DNA of 64,000 nt from Candidatus Latescibacterota bacterium (GCA_965207885.1 OZ242311.1:1600001-1664000), one strand, 5' to 3'. Positions 19,444-29,584 are shown, numbered from the stretch's first letter. The notes: generated by a model from the sequence alone, not told the origin. Numbers and translations are program-made.

Positions 19444-20115
19444 ATGGCAACTATTCTTCTTCTCGCAGACGAAGCCTACGGCGCGCGTCTCAAATCAGAC
19501 CTCGAATACATCGGGCATCAAGTTGAACACGTGATTTTGAGGGGGCGGAGCAATTTGCCACCCATACCCACCAACGGCATTGACTTGACCATCATTGACC
19601 CCGAGTCCTCCCTCGATCGCCTCGCACAGGCCATTGCGCACCTTCAACAACAGCGCCCTGCCAACGACAGTTCCCTACTCGTCATCACCGATGAAATGAC
19701 CGCACTCAACCTCGACTTTTCACTCGGCATTTCAGATTTTATCATCAAGCCCTATAGCCTGCGCGAGTTCGAAGCCCGCCTGCGCCTGGCTCTTTGGAAC
19801 GACGACCATCCCCCCGACGACCACACCTTAAAAATAGACGACCTCGTCATCAATATGGCGCGCTATGAAGTGCGCGTCAAGGGCAGTGTTGTCGAACTCA
19901 CACTAAAAGAATACGAACTACTCAAACATCTGGTCACCCACGAGACCCGCGTATTTACCCGATCAGACCTGCTCGACAGCATCTGGGGCTATGACTATTA
20001 CGGCGGCATGCGCACCGTTGATGTACACATTCGCCGCTTGCGCTCCAAACTCGGCGAATCGGGCAGAGCCATTACCACAGTACGCGGTGTCGGCTACAAA
20101 TTTGATCCTCCATAA
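19444..20115 (+). CDS. Orphan OmpR-family response regulator, GlnR-like
   Basis: The wHTH domain LTLKEYELLKHL...VFTRSDLLDSIWGYDYYGGMRTVDVHIRRLRSKLG closely resembles actinobacterial GlnR. The receiver domain is degenerate and no kinase gene is adjacent. Confidence 0.85.
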   Translation: MATILLLADEAYGARLKSDLEYIGHQVEHVILRGRSNLPPIPTNGIDLTIIDPESSLDRLAQAIAHLQQQRPANDSSLLVITDEMTALNLDFSLGISDFIIKPYSLREFEARLRLALWNDDHPPDDHTLKIDDLVINMARYEVRVKGSVVELTLKEYELLKHLVTHETRVFTRSDLLDSIWGYDYYGGMRTVDVHIRRLRSKLGESGRAITTVRGVGYKFDPP

Positions 20116-20141
20116 TATTAAAATAGCTCCCGACACACCAC

Positions 20142-20177
20142 AAACCCCAGAAGCACGCTCCTGGGGTTTATTTTTTT
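20142..20177. terminator. Intrinsic terminator between convergent genes
   Basis: AAACCCCAG-aagcacgctc-CTGGGGTTT followed by a T-rich tract. Confidence 0.7.
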
Positions 20178-21094
20178 AGAATATCCTGTGCTCGCGCCTG
20201 TGCCCAGGCCCGCAATGGAACATCATCCCAATTTTTTGTCAGCCAGTATTGTGACGAAGGGTGAAAATCTGGTTCTGGTCCCAGCGGGTCTTTTCCCGAT
20301 GCCAGCGCGCCCAACAACTGACGACGAATTGGAGAACTCCGCTCAATAAGCTCCGCATCCTGCTCGATATAATCAGTCGGACGAAGCCACCGATAATTAT
20401 AGCCCACATGCATAATCTTCCGCGTTTTTCTCGACAAATTGGGACCCACGCAGTGCCACACCGCGGTTCGCCACAACACTGCGGAACCAGCCCGCAACTT
20501 AAGCTCAACCGCCTCTTCTGGATTGACCTCGCGCCCCATTTTCCGCAACTCTTCTGGCTTGCGCTTGTGACTGCCCGGCACCAACCACAGATTGCCACAA
20601 TTGGATTCGGTCATATCGTAAAGCACGTAAAAAATCTTGATCTCCATAAATGGGAGACGCCCATCGAGCGAAGGTCCCAGAAATAGCGTATCGCTCGCCA
20701 AATCGGGATGCCATGCAACATTGCGGTACCCAACCTCCTGATCTTCGCCCTTGCCAACGCCAACATCACCTGCTTTCAAACCCTCGGGATAAGGTGGTCG
20801 ATAGTCCAGATGCGTAGTTCGAATCTGAATATTCCAGCCAATCGCATCCACCACCAGAGGCAACATGCGCGGATGATCAATCAAATCGAGAAAAGCCTCG
20901 TGTTGCGACAGGGCATTGCGCACGGCAAAAGGATCATCAGGTCCCAGGCCCTCGGCCTCTTGAACCCGCTCTGCCACCTCATCAATAGCCAGCAAAAGCC
21001 CATCGACCTCGTCCCGAGTAAAGAAATCCTCAAGAATAACAAATCCCTTCTCATCAAAATCTCTCTCTTGCTGCTCTGTCATCGCAAGAGCCAT
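20168..21094 (-). CDS. Phytanoyl-CoA dioxygenase (PhyH) family Fe/2OG oxygenase
   Basis: FDEKGFVILEDF, WHPD (HxD), GNLWLVPGSHK and distal WH. Confidence 0.88.
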   Translation of the reverse strand: MALAMTEQQERDFDEKGFVILEDFFTRDEVDGLLLAIDEVAERVQEAEGLGPDDPFAVRNALSQHEAFLDLIDHPRMLPLVVDAIGWNIQIRTTHLDYRPPYPEGLKAGDVGVGKGEDQEVGYRNVAWHPDLASDTLFLGPSLDGRLPFMEIKIFYVLYDMTESNCGNLWLVPGSHKRKPEELRKMGREVNPEEAVELKLRAGSAVLWRTAVWHCVGPNLSRKTRKIMHVGYNYRWLRPTDYIEQDAELIERSSPIRRQLLGALASGKDPLGPEPDFHPSSQYWLTKNWDDVPLRAWAQARAQDILKK

Positions 21095-21141
21095 AAATCC
21101 CTCCTTTAACCCGTAGGTATTATCTATATCAGTTATTGAAG

Positions 21142-22185
21142 TTATTGATTTGGGTTCGCATTTCGTTCTATCAAATACTCACTTGAGGGTGATTTTATCA
21201 AAACTGCGCTATCTCGCCATTGCAAGTATAAATCAGGTGGGATATTTTGATGAAGACTCTCAATGGATTCTATAGGTGGTCTGATATATTTTTCTACAAA
21301 TATGGACAAAATTTCCCCCGATTTTTCATTTATATGCCTCCAAGCTCCATTCCCAATATATGAAGAGCCAGCCGCCTGTTCAAAAGCTGTTCTCAGTTCA
21401 TCAAGCCTTGAATATGGCGTGGGATCAAGCACTATGAGAATAGGTTTGAAACCCGCAACCTGACATTCAAAAGGAAACGAGAGTTCTTCGCCAAATCGGC
21501 CTTGTCCACTCGCAGCAATTGTTACTCTCATTTTGAATTCATAGGCGAGGTTTTCTCCAGCCACAAAGCAATCAACTTGCCTACCTCTTGATGTCTGGTT
21601 TCCATTACTATCAACTCGTTTTACAGGTGAATTTTGCGCACCAACAGGCGTACCTCCCAGACAACTTGCCAACACAGGTTCAAATAGATATCCAGTTTCT
21701 TGGGCAGAGCGATTATCTATATCATAGATCCATTTTCTCCAGGACATCCATCCCGACAAAAGTTCATCATCGCATCCACCATATTCCAATAAAGAACGTG
21801 GTCCTATTTGATCCATTTGTGGCAATGGTTGCGCTGAGAGAATGCGTTGATATTTTACACGTCTGCGATGTAATGCGCAGAGATTCTTTATATATAACCC
21901 AAAATCTTCATTGATTGCGCAGGCTCTCTCAAGAATATCTAAAAAGATTTTTGGAGTAACATGCGAAAGCAGAAGTTCATTGAACCATTTTATTGGAATC
22001 TTAAAATAGTCATCTTCAGGCTTTTCAATATCCTCAACTCCAATGGCATTGAAATCCCATCCTAAATCACGTAAGCCAATGCAAAATAATGCATATATTT
22101 CAGAATCTTCCAGAGTAACTTGAGCTTTGCCACTCCCGTGAACCTTACATTCTGAGAGTAAATTTTGAATTGTAATACTCGCCAT
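21142..22185 (-). CDS. Putative type II restriction endonuclease (ApaLI-like)
   Basis: Directly downstream of a C5 methyltransferase in an AT-rich insert; PD-(D/E)xK-like core GRQVDC...AYEFK. Confidence 0.75.
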   Translation of the reverse strand: MASITIQNLLSECKVHGSGKAQVTLEDSEIYALFCIGLRDLGWDFNAIGVEDIEKPEDDYFKIPIKWFNELLLSHVTPKIFLDILERACAINEDFGLYIKNLCALHRRRVKYQRILSAQPLPQMDQIGPRSLLEYGGCDDELLSGWMSWRKWIYDIDNRSAQETGYLFEPVLASCLGGTPVGAQNSPVKRVDSNGNQTSRGRQVDCFVAGENLAYEFKMRVTIAASGQGRFGEELSFPFECQVAGFKPILIVLDPTPYSRLDELRTAFEQAAGSSYIGNGAWRHINEKSGEILSIFVEKYIRPPIESIESLHQNIPPDLYLQWRDSAVLIKSPSSEYLIERNANPNQ

Positions 22186-22190
22186 AATAA

Positions 22191-23474
22191 TTATCCAAAA
22201 AGACTGAGTTGAGGATTCTTTCTTTTATACAATCCCTGAAGCATATTATCTGTTTTTGTGAGAGCAGGACTCATAGCAGTTGCTTTTGTTAAAGTATGTG
22301 CAAATAATCTACCCGGTGAAGTGTGCCTCGTTTCTCCAAAACCATAATTAACCAGTAAATGCACTGCAAAAATCTCTGCTAATAAAGGGGGAATCGCATT
22401 CCCTATCTGCTTGATCCTCTCTGAAGTGTTTCCTTGAAATCTGAACCAATCCGGAAATGTTTGTATTCGAGCACATTCACGCAAAGTTAATGGACGATTG
22501 TCTTCGGGATGTATAAACTCTCTTATAGCGGCACCTGTGATAGTTAAACTCGGTTCATCAAAAACCAGTCGCTTAATCCCTGAAGGAGCACCTCCTCTTC
22601 TCTCCGTGGGCATTCCATCCATAACACGCCGATAGGCTCTTCGTTTAAATGATTTATGATGAAGTGATTCTGGCAGATCCTTCATCGATTGTCCCGGTTT
22701 TAAGTTTTTAATTCTCTCAAATTGGACACCCTCTATTTTGGGTGTATAGTGATCATGTAATTTTTTATTTCCATCACGCAGTTGTTCTTCCCACTCATGT
22801 TTGGACTTACCGCTGTAGCAGACAGGACTGCTCTTATCCTGTGTCGGATTGGGAAGTTCTCCAATCGTATGTCTAAGTGTAACATCGGCATTCTTAAAAA
22901 TGCGACCATGCACATGCAAAATTGGTTCTGGCAAATTAAATTCTATTCCCAGTCTATTTCCAATAACGAAAGTTCTCTTTCGTCTTTGTGGTATCCCGTA
23001 TTCCTGTGCATAAATTTTATCGATTCTTATCGAATATCCCAAATTGACAAAGGCTCTTGCTGCTTCATAGACGTATATACCATCTTTAGCTGTAAGCAGA
23101 CCCTCAACATTCTCCATAATAAACCATTTGGGACGTAAGATGGCTAAAGCGTTGACGTAATGCTTCAATAATCCATTTCTTGGATCGTCCCAAAACCGCA
23201 TACCCGCTGTGCTAAAGCCCTGACATGGAGGCCCACCAATAAGAATATCCAACTCACCCGTTTTTAACTTCAAATTTTTAAGAAGTTTTTCAAAATCATA
23301 AGACATAATATCCGCCATTTCACATTGGGTATCAGGGAAATTATGTCTGTAAGTTCCCACAGCATTTTCGTTTATATCTATTGCGTAGAGAATATTATAA
23401 CCAGCGCGTTTGAATCCCAAAGAGCAACCGCCTGCGCCTGCAAAGAGACTAATAGCTAAAGGCTTGGTATCCAT
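22191..23474 (-). CDS. DNA (cytosine-5) methyltransferase, M.ApaLI-like
   Basis: Motif I SLFAGAGG, IV GGPPCQGFS, VI ENVEG, VIII QRRKR, IX/X RECARIQTFPD and GNAIPP. The TRD (RRAYRRVMDGMPTERRGGAPSGIKRL) is recalled as very close to M.ApaLI. Confidence 0.93.
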   Translation of the reverse strand: MDTKPLAISLFAGAGGCSLGFKRAGYNILYAIDINENAVGTYRHNFPDTQCEMADIMSYDFEKLLKNLKLKTGELDILIGGPPCQGFSTAGMRFWDDPRNGLLKHYVNALAILRPKWFIMENVEGLLTAKDGIYVYEAARAFVNLGYSIRIDKIYAQEYGIPQRRKRTFVIGNRLGIEFNLPEPILHVHGRIFKNADVTLRHTIGELPNPTQDKSSPVCYSGKSKHEWEEQLRDGNKKLHDHYTPKIEGVQFERIKNLKPGQSMKDLPESLHHKSFKRRAYRRVMDGMPTERRGGAPSGIKRLVFDEPSLTITGAAIREFIHPEDNRPLTLRECARIQTFPDWFRFQGNTSERIKQIGNAIPPLLAEIFAVHLLVNYGFGETRHTSPGRLFAHTLTKATAMSPALTKTDNMLQGLYKRKNPQLSLFG

Positions 23475-23528
23475 TTTCTAATTCTCTGACTTAAAATTGA
23501 GAATAATACCGCAGAATATTTCAAGTCG

Positions 23529-23557
23529 AATATACTCATCACCTGTGAATAATTCAA
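23529..23557 (-). promoter_or_regulatory. Putative promoter of the RM operon
   Basis: TTGAAT-17 nt-TATATT on the minus strand upstream of the methyltransferase. Confidence 0.45.
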
Positions 23558-23745
23558 GACACAACTGATTTAAAAAAACACCCAAGCTCTAAACCTCACA
23601 TAAATCCCAATGCCCATAAACCTGTTTATTTTTTAACATCGAGAATTATATTGTCACACTGGCGCGTACCTCGTATTTCTCCTCACCCCTTCGCGCCGGA
23701 TACACAGGACACGGGATTTGATCTCGTCCTCCAAGGGAGAATGCT

Positions 23746-24705
23746 ATGCCAGATACAATTGTGGGTCGCGTTTCCGATATCATTGGTGGAACGCCGATGA
23801 TTCGGTTAGAGAATTTGTCGCCAGCGGGGGGCGCTACCATTCTGGCCAAAATGGAATATCTCAATCCGGGTGGCAGCGTAAAAGACCGTATCGCGCTGAG
23901 TATGATCCGAGATGCAGAAAAAGCCGGAACACTCAACCCCGGCATGACCATTGTAGAGGCGACCAGTGGAAATACCGGAATCGGCCTGGCGATGTTATGT
24001 GCCAAACTCAAATATCGGCTGGTATTGACAATGCCTGAGACAATGAGTTTTGAACGGCGAGCACTGGTAACCAGATACGGAGCCGAAGTGGTCATAACAC
24101 CCGGTTCGGGCGACATGGACGGGGCAAAACAGCGGGCGCAGGAGATCGTAAAAAAGAATCCAAATTGTATCGAGTTAAAGCAGTTTGACAATCCAGCCAA
24201 TCCAGAAGCGCATCGACAGACCACGGGACCAGAAATTGTGAAAGCAACAGGAGGAAAGATAACGGCTTTTGTGTCAGGAGTAGGGACAGGTGGAACAATT
24301 ACGGGAGTGGGCGAGGTACTCAAGGCAGAAGTGCCAGATGCAAAAGTAGTGGCTGTTGAGCCTGCGGGTTCTGCTGTATTAAGTGGTAAAAGCCGGGGCC
24401 CTCACGCAATCGAGGGAATTGGAGCGGGATTTATTCCATCAATCTTAAATTGTAATATACTGGATGAAGTAATCACAATAGAGGACCGCGAAGCATTTGA
24501 CATGACGGAAACTCTGGCGCGAGAAGAGGCACTATTGGTCGGGATTTCCTCGGGGGCAAATGTACTGGCAGCCCGGCGTGTGGCCCAGAGACTTTCCAGC
24601 GATGATGTAGTCGTCACAGTGCTATGTGATACGGGAACGCGATATTTCAGTATTGAAGAATATTTTCGGCGCGACGAAGTGCAAAATGTGAATGCGCTTC
24701 TATAG
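23746..24705 (+). CDS. cysK: Cysteine synthase A (O-acetylserine sulfhydrylase)
   Basis: NPGGSVKDR, EATSGNTG, QFDNPAN, GVGTGGT, HAIEGIGAGF and GISSGA. Confidence 0.95.
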   Translation: MPDTIVGRVSDIIGGTPMIRLENLSPAGGATILAKMEYLNPGGSVKDRIALSMIRDAEKAGTLNPGMTIVEATSGNTGIGLAMLCAKLKYRLVLTMPETMSFERRALVTRYGAEVVITPGSGDMDGAKQRAQEIVKKNPNCIELKQFDNPANPEAHRQTTGPEIVKATGGKITAFVSGVGTGGTITGVGEVLKAEVPDAKVVAVEPAGSAVLSGKSRGPHAIEGIGAGFIPSILNCNILDEVITIEDREAFDMTETLAREEALLVGISSGANVLAARRVAQRLSSDDVVVTVLCDTGTRYFSIEEYFRRDEVQNVNALL

Positions 24706-24717
24706 GGAATTGACAGT

Positions 24718-25857
24718 ATGAATCTGAGCGGGAAAGAGCGATCATTTGAAGCGCGATTTCGCAAAAAACTCTCTATCTGGCCCAAAGAAAGTCCCTGGCC
24801 CGGCATTGGGGTATGTGTGGTACTGTCGTGGGCAGCAATATATTTAAACATATTGCCTTTTCCGCCGTTTACACTGTCCTCGGGCCAACATCCCCTGAGC
24901 GCAGTATTACTGGCATTGTTATTAGGCATGCTGTTGTGCAATGTGATGCCGTCAACGGCAAAATTGAAGCCCGGCATAGATACAGTGGTGCAAAAGTGGC
25001 TACCCGTTGGAATTGTACTTCTAGGTGCGCGGTTGGATTTTTACGATTTGATTCGCGTCGCAGTACAGGTCCTGATTGGTGCGGCCGTATTAATTGCAAT
25101 AATCGTTATATTCACCCATCTGATATCGCGCTGGTTTAACATCGAAAAAAAAATGGGGCTATTGATTGGTGTGGGCACAGGGATTTGCGGAAGTTCTGCC
25201 ATTGTAGCCCTTGCGCCCCTGATCAAAGCCAACAACGAAGACATAACGTATTCGGTCGGAGTGATCAATCTGCTAGGCGTAGTGGCGATGCTGCTATTTC
25301 CCGTGGTTGGATCTTTGGCAATGCTGGATGCAGAAGTATATGGCATCTGGTGTGGATTGGGCATTCACGCAACACCACAGGTAATTGCCGCGGGATTCGC
25401 GCATGCAGGAGATGGGCAGACAGCAGGTGAAATGGCGACAATTGTCAAACTGGTGCGCATTTCACTTTTGGGACCTGTAGTATTTGTGCTGGGGGCGTGG
25501 TTTGCTTATACGCAGCGACAGACGATTTATATCGATGAACCTGTGCGTTATTCCAGGCTGGTCCCGGGTTTTGTCATATTGTTTCTGGCAATGGCGCTGC
25601 TGCGAACCCTGGGCTTTTTGCCGGAAGTAACACTACATTTATCCGAGCAATTTGTGTTTGGTGCAGGCGATCAGCATATAGATCTGGCTGACTTATTGAG
25701 CCAGAGCGGCAAGTGGATTATTATCTGCGCGATGGCCGGGGTGGGATTATCTACGGCGTTTGCTACAATGAAAGCAGGCGGTATAAAACCGGTGATATTG
25801 GGCGTCTTATCAGCTATCACTTTGGCATTGCTGGGGCTGGGTGTTGCACAGTTATAA
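24718..25857 (+). CDS. YeiH / putative sulfate exporter family (PSE) membrane protein
   Basis: Multiple TM helices; GTGICGSSAIVA, TPQVIAAG, ATIVKLVRI and AMAGVGL. Confidence 0.85.
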   Translation: MNLSGKERSFEARFRKKLSIWPKESPWPGIGVCVVLSWAAIYLNILPFPPFTLSSGQHPLSAVLLALLLGMLLCNVMPSTAKLKPGIDTVVQKWLPVGIVLLGARLDFYDLIRVAVQVLIGAAVLIAIIVIFTHLISRWFNIEKKMGLLIGVGTGICGSSAIVALAPLIKANNEDITYSVGVINLLGVVAMLLFPVVGSLAMLDAEVYGIWCGLGIHATPQVIAAGFAHAGDGQTAGEMATIVKLVRISLLGPVVFVLGAWFAYTQRQTIYIDEPVRYSRLVPGFVILFLAMALLRTLGFLPEVTLHLSEQFVFGAGDQHIDLADLLSQSGKWIIICAMAGVGLSTAFATMKAGGIKPVILGVLSAITLALLGLGVAQL

Positions 25858-25861
25858 AAAT

Positions 25862-25891
25862 AAGCCCCGAATTTATCAAATCCGGGGCTTT
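25862..25891. terminator. Bidirectional terminator between yeiH and the metal-efflux operon
   Basis: AAGCCCCG-aatttatcaaatc-CGGGGCTTT. Confidence 0.65.
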
Positions 25892-25909
25892 GATCCAACA
25901 ATCGGCAGA

Positions 25910-26266
25910 TTAATTCTCAGGAACTTGGCAGCAACTGGGCAACTTTGCATACGCATCGGCATCGGCCTTTTTGTCATTCGCCGCATAACCCACCTTGACA
26001 ACAGCCTGCTCCAGGGCGGGAACACTGGTCATCTTGTCATCAAAAGTCACCTTCGCTGTTTTCGCATCCAGATTGACTTCCACGCTCTGAACGCCATCGA
26101 CCTTTTTCAGGGCTTCCTCTATGGTATGCGAACACATAGCGCACTGCATCGTGGACAACTTCACCTCGACAGTTGTCGCCTCCGACTTTGACGAACAGCC
26201 GACCCATCCCGCCATGCCTATCGCTGTCGCGCCAATGACCAATAATACAAAAATACGAGACTTCAT
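25910..26266 (-). CDS. Heavy-metal-associated (HMA) domain periplasmic/lipoprotein (MerP/CopZ-like)
   Basis: Signal peptide ending VGC, MQCAMC metal motif and C-terminal LPSCCQ. Confidence 0.88.
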   Translation of the reverse strand: MKSRIFVLLVIGATAIGMAGWVGCSSKSEATTVEVKLSTMQCAMCSHTIEEALKKVDGVQSVEVNLDAKTAKVTFDDKMTSVPALEQAVVKVGYAANDKKADADAYAKLPSCCQVPEN

Positions 26267-26306
26267 AACACACCTCCTGATAAATGAATAACTTTGGGGT
26301 TTACAT

Positions 26307-26332
26307 CGGGTGGGTTAAAAACCCACCCCTAC
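26307..26332 (-). repeat. GTAG-family REP-like palindrome
   Basis: Minus strand GTAG-GGGTGGGT-tttta-ACCCACCC-G. Confidence 0.55.
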
Positions 26333-26383
26333 GTCTTGCCTTTCATCTGCGTCTATCTGCGTTCATGCTCGAATTACTCGCCT

Positions 26384-29300
26384 TCATTCTGCGGATACAT
26401 CCCGCTCCTTCCACAACGCATAAATCGCTGGAATCACCAGCAGCGTCAAAATCGTCGATGACACCATCCCCCCCACCATAGGTGCTGCAATGCGCTTCAT
26501 CGCCTCGGACCCCGTGCCCGTTGACCACATAATCGGCAACAGACCAACCATCGTTGAAAACACCGTCATCAACTTGGGCCGCACCCGCTCCACAGCACCG
26601 GACATCACCGCCTGATTTAAGTCCGCCAGCGTCAAAACATCGCCTTTTTCGCGTCTAATACTCTCATAAGCCTGATCCAGATAAATCAGCATCACCACCC
26701 CCGTCTCGGCAGCCAATCCCGCCAGCGCGATAAATCCAACCCCCACGGCAATACTCATATCGTAATCCAAAATATACATCAACCATATCCCACCGACCAG
26801 AGCAAAGGGCAGAGAAAGCATCACAATCGCGGTCTCAGTCACATTTCTAAAATTCAGATACAACAGCACAAAAATGATCGCCAGCGTCACGGGCACCACA
26901 ACCTTCAGCTTTTTCTCTGCCCGCAACATATATTCATACTGACCGCTCCAGATCGCGGTGTATCCGGGTGGCATCTGCACCTGCTCCAACACCGCCTGTT
27001 GCGCCCTCGCGACATAAGTTCCCACATCCACACCTTCAATATCGACATAGACCCACGCATTTAACCGCGCATTCTCGCTCTTAATACCCGGTGGACCCTT
27101 CCGAATGTGAAGATCTGCCAATTGTCCAATGGGAATCTGCGCCCCCATCGGCGTGGGCACCAGCACGCGCCGAAGCGCGGGCAAATTGTCGCGCAATTCC
27201 CGTCCATAACGCAAATTCACCGGATAGCGCTCCAAACCCTCCACAGTATGCGTAATATTCATCCCGCCCAATGCCGACATAATAACATCCTGCACATCCC
27301 CAACCGTCAGCCCATAACGCGCTGCAGCCTGTCTATCGATCTCAAAATCCAGATAATTGCCACCCGCAGCGCGCTCGGCAAACACACTCAGCGTACCTGG
27401 CAAATCGCGCACCACCTTTTCTATCTTCTCCCCCAACACCTGCAATGTCTCCAGATCATCCCCCACCACCTTGATACCCACAGGCGTCTTAATACCCGTT
27501 GAAAGCATATCGATGCGCGTCTTAATCGGCATAGTCCACGCATTGGTCAACCCCGGAAATTTCACCGCCTGATTCAATTCCCGAATTAATTTTTGAGGCG
27601 TCATCCCTTCTCGCCACTCGGACTCGGGCTTGAGCATAATCGTCGTCTCAATCATCGACAGCGGAGCCGGGTCTGTCGCAGTCTCCGCCCGACCAATTTT
27701 GCCAAATACGTGTTCAACTTCGGGAAAAGTGCGGATAATTTTATCCGTCTGTTGCAACAGTGCCCGCGCCCTCGTAATCGATATCCCTGGCAATGTCGTG
27801 GGCATATACAACAGATCGCCCTCGTACAGAGGCGGCATAAATTCCGATCCAATTTTTTCCATAGGAAATAGCGCGTCCAACTTCACCAGTGCCCGATAAG
27901 TCAAACTCTGCGGTCGGTCTGAAAAACGCGACACCACGATATCCCGAAATGGAAACACCGTCACAAACAACACCAGCCCGCCCAACACCACAGTCAGCAC
28001 TCGATGTCGCAACACCCAATCAATCACGGGCCGGTACAGATAAATCAACACGCGACTTATAGGATTCTCCGCCTCAGACCGAATTTTGCCGCGCACAAAA
28101 AAAGTCATCAGCACCGGCACAACCGTAATCGCCAAAAATGCCGCCGCCGCCATAGCATAAGTTTTGGTATATGCGAGCGGCTTAAACAATCGTCCCTCCT
28201 GCGCCTCCAGCGCAAAAACCGGCAAAAACGACAGCGTAATAATCAGCAGCGAAAAAAACAGCGCAGGCCCCACCTCTTTCGAAGCGGCAATAATCATCTC
28301 ACTATGCGACTTTGTCCCGCCATCGCGTTCGATATGCTTGTGTGCATTTTCAATCATCACAATAGCGGCATCCACCATCGCCCCAATGGCAATCGCAATA
28401 CCGCCAAGAGACATAATATTCGAATTGACACCCTGGTGATACATCGCGGCAAACGCAATTAAAATCCCCATCGGCAATGTGAAAACAGCCACAAAAGCAC
28501 TGCGAAAATGGAGCAAAAAAACGATACACACCACCGCCACGATCGCGATCTCTTCAATCAGCTTTTTTTGCAAATGATCAACCGCGCGCAGAATAAGCGC
28601 CGAGCGATCGTAATTGGCGATCACCACCACACCCTCGGGAAGACCGGGTTTGAGCGATTCCATCTTCTCTTTCACCCGATCAATAACTTTGAGCGCATTT
28701 TCCCCATACCGCATCACCACAATACCCCCTACCACCTCCCCCTCGCCATTCCACTCGGCCAATCCCCTTCTAAGCTCTGGCCCCACCTGCACAGTCGCAA
28801 CATCTTTTACGCGAATCGGCGTACCGTGTTCATCCACGCCCAGGGCAATCTGCTCGATATCCGCCACAGATTGGATATATCCCAACCCGCGAACCATAAA
28901 TTCCGTCTCTGCCAGTTCGACCAATCGCCCCCCCACATCGCTATTACTTCGCTGAATCGCCATCCGAACCTTCTGCAAAGGAATATTGTATGCCAGCAAG
29001 CGATTGGGATCCACAACCACCTGATACTGCTTCACAAATCCACCCACAGATGCCACTTCCGACACACCCTGCACACTGCTCAACTCATAACGCAAATACC
29101 AATCCTGAATCGAGCGCAATTCTGAAAGATCGTATCTCCCCGTTGTATCCAGCACCGTATATTGATAAACCCAGCCCACACCCGTCGCATCTGGCCCCAG
29201 TTTTGGCGTCACCCCTTGCGGCAATCTATCAGACGCGGAATTGAGATACTCCAACACCCGACTGCGCGCCCAGTACATATCCGTACCATCCTCAAAAATC

Positions 29301-29584
29301 ACATACACATAAGACATGCCAAAAAACGAATATCCCCGCACCGTCTTTGCATAAGGAACGGACAACATCGCCGTCGTCAGCGGATACGTCACCTGATCTT
29401 CCACCACCTGCGGTGCCTGCCCCGAATATTCGCTAAACACGATCACCTGCACATCCGACAAATCGGGAATCGCATCCAGTGGCGTATTCAGCATCGCATA
29501 CAACCCCCATCCAATCACCATCAAAGTAGCGATCACCACCAGGAACCGATTCTTCACACTCGCTTCAATAATTCGATTTAGCAT
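26384..29584 (-). CDS. cusA: CusA/SilA family heavy-metal efflux RND permease
   Basis: DAIPDLSDVQV, LGPDATGVGW, AIGAMVDAAIVMIEN, EFMPPLYEGDLLYMP and AWTMPIKTRIDM; the Met-rich sites point to the Cu(I)/Ag(I) type. Confidence 0.95.
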   Translation of the reverse strand: MLNRIIEASVKNRFLVVIATLMVIGWGLYAMLNTPLDAIPDLSDVQVIVFSEYSGQAPQVVEDQVTYPLTTAMLSVPYAKTVRGYSFFGMSYVYVIFEDGTDMYWARSRVLEYLNSASDRLPQGVTPKLGPDATGVGWVYQYTVLDTTGRYDLSELRSIQDWYLRYELSSVQGVSEVASVGGFVKQYQVVVDPNRLLAYNIPLQKVRMAIQRSNSDVGGRLVELAETEFMVRGLGYIQSVADIEQIALGVDEHGTPIRVKDVATVQVGPELRRGLAEWNGEGEVVGGIVVMRYGENALKVIDRVKEKMESLKPGLPEGVVVIANYDRSALILRAVDHLQKKLIEEIAIVAVVCIVFLLHFRSAFVAVFTLPMGILIAFAAMYHQGVNSNIMSLGGIAIAIGAMVDAAIVMIENAHKHIERDGGTKSHSEMIIAASKEVGPALFFSLLIITLSFLPVFALEAQEGRLFKPLAYTKTYAMAAAAFLAITVVPVLMTFFVRGKIRSEAENPISRVLIYLYRPVIDWVLRHRVLTVVLGGLVLFVTVFPFRDIVVSRFSDRPQSLTYRALVKLDALFPMEKIGSEFMPPLYEGDLLYMPTTLPGISITRARALLQQTDKIIRTFPEVEHVFGKIGRAETATDPAPLSMIETTIMLKPESEWREGMTPQKLIRELNQAVKFPGLTNAWTMPIKTRIDMLSTGIKTPVGIKVVGDDLETLQVLGEKIEKVVRDLPGTLSVFAERAAGGNYLDFEIDRQAAARYGLTVGDVQDVIMSALGGMNITHTVEGLERYPVNLRYGRELRDNLPALRRVLVPTPMGAQIPIGQLADLHIRKGPPGIKSENARLNAWVYVDIEGVDVGTYVARAQQAVLEQVQMPPGYTAIWSGQYEYMLRAEKKLKVVVPVTLAIIFVLLYLNFRNVTETAIVMLSLPFALVGGIWLMYILDYDMSIAVGVGFIALAGLAAETGVVMLIYLDQAYESIRREKGDVLTLADLNQAVMSGAVERVRPKLMTVFSTMVGLLPIMWSTGTGSEAMKRIAAPMVGGMVSSTILTLLVIPAIYALWKERDVSAE

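Noticed and set aside
21110-23640. RM cassette as a bona fide mobile element
   Set aside because: I found no transposase, integrase, terminal inverted repeats or target duplication, so it is reported only as a compositional island.
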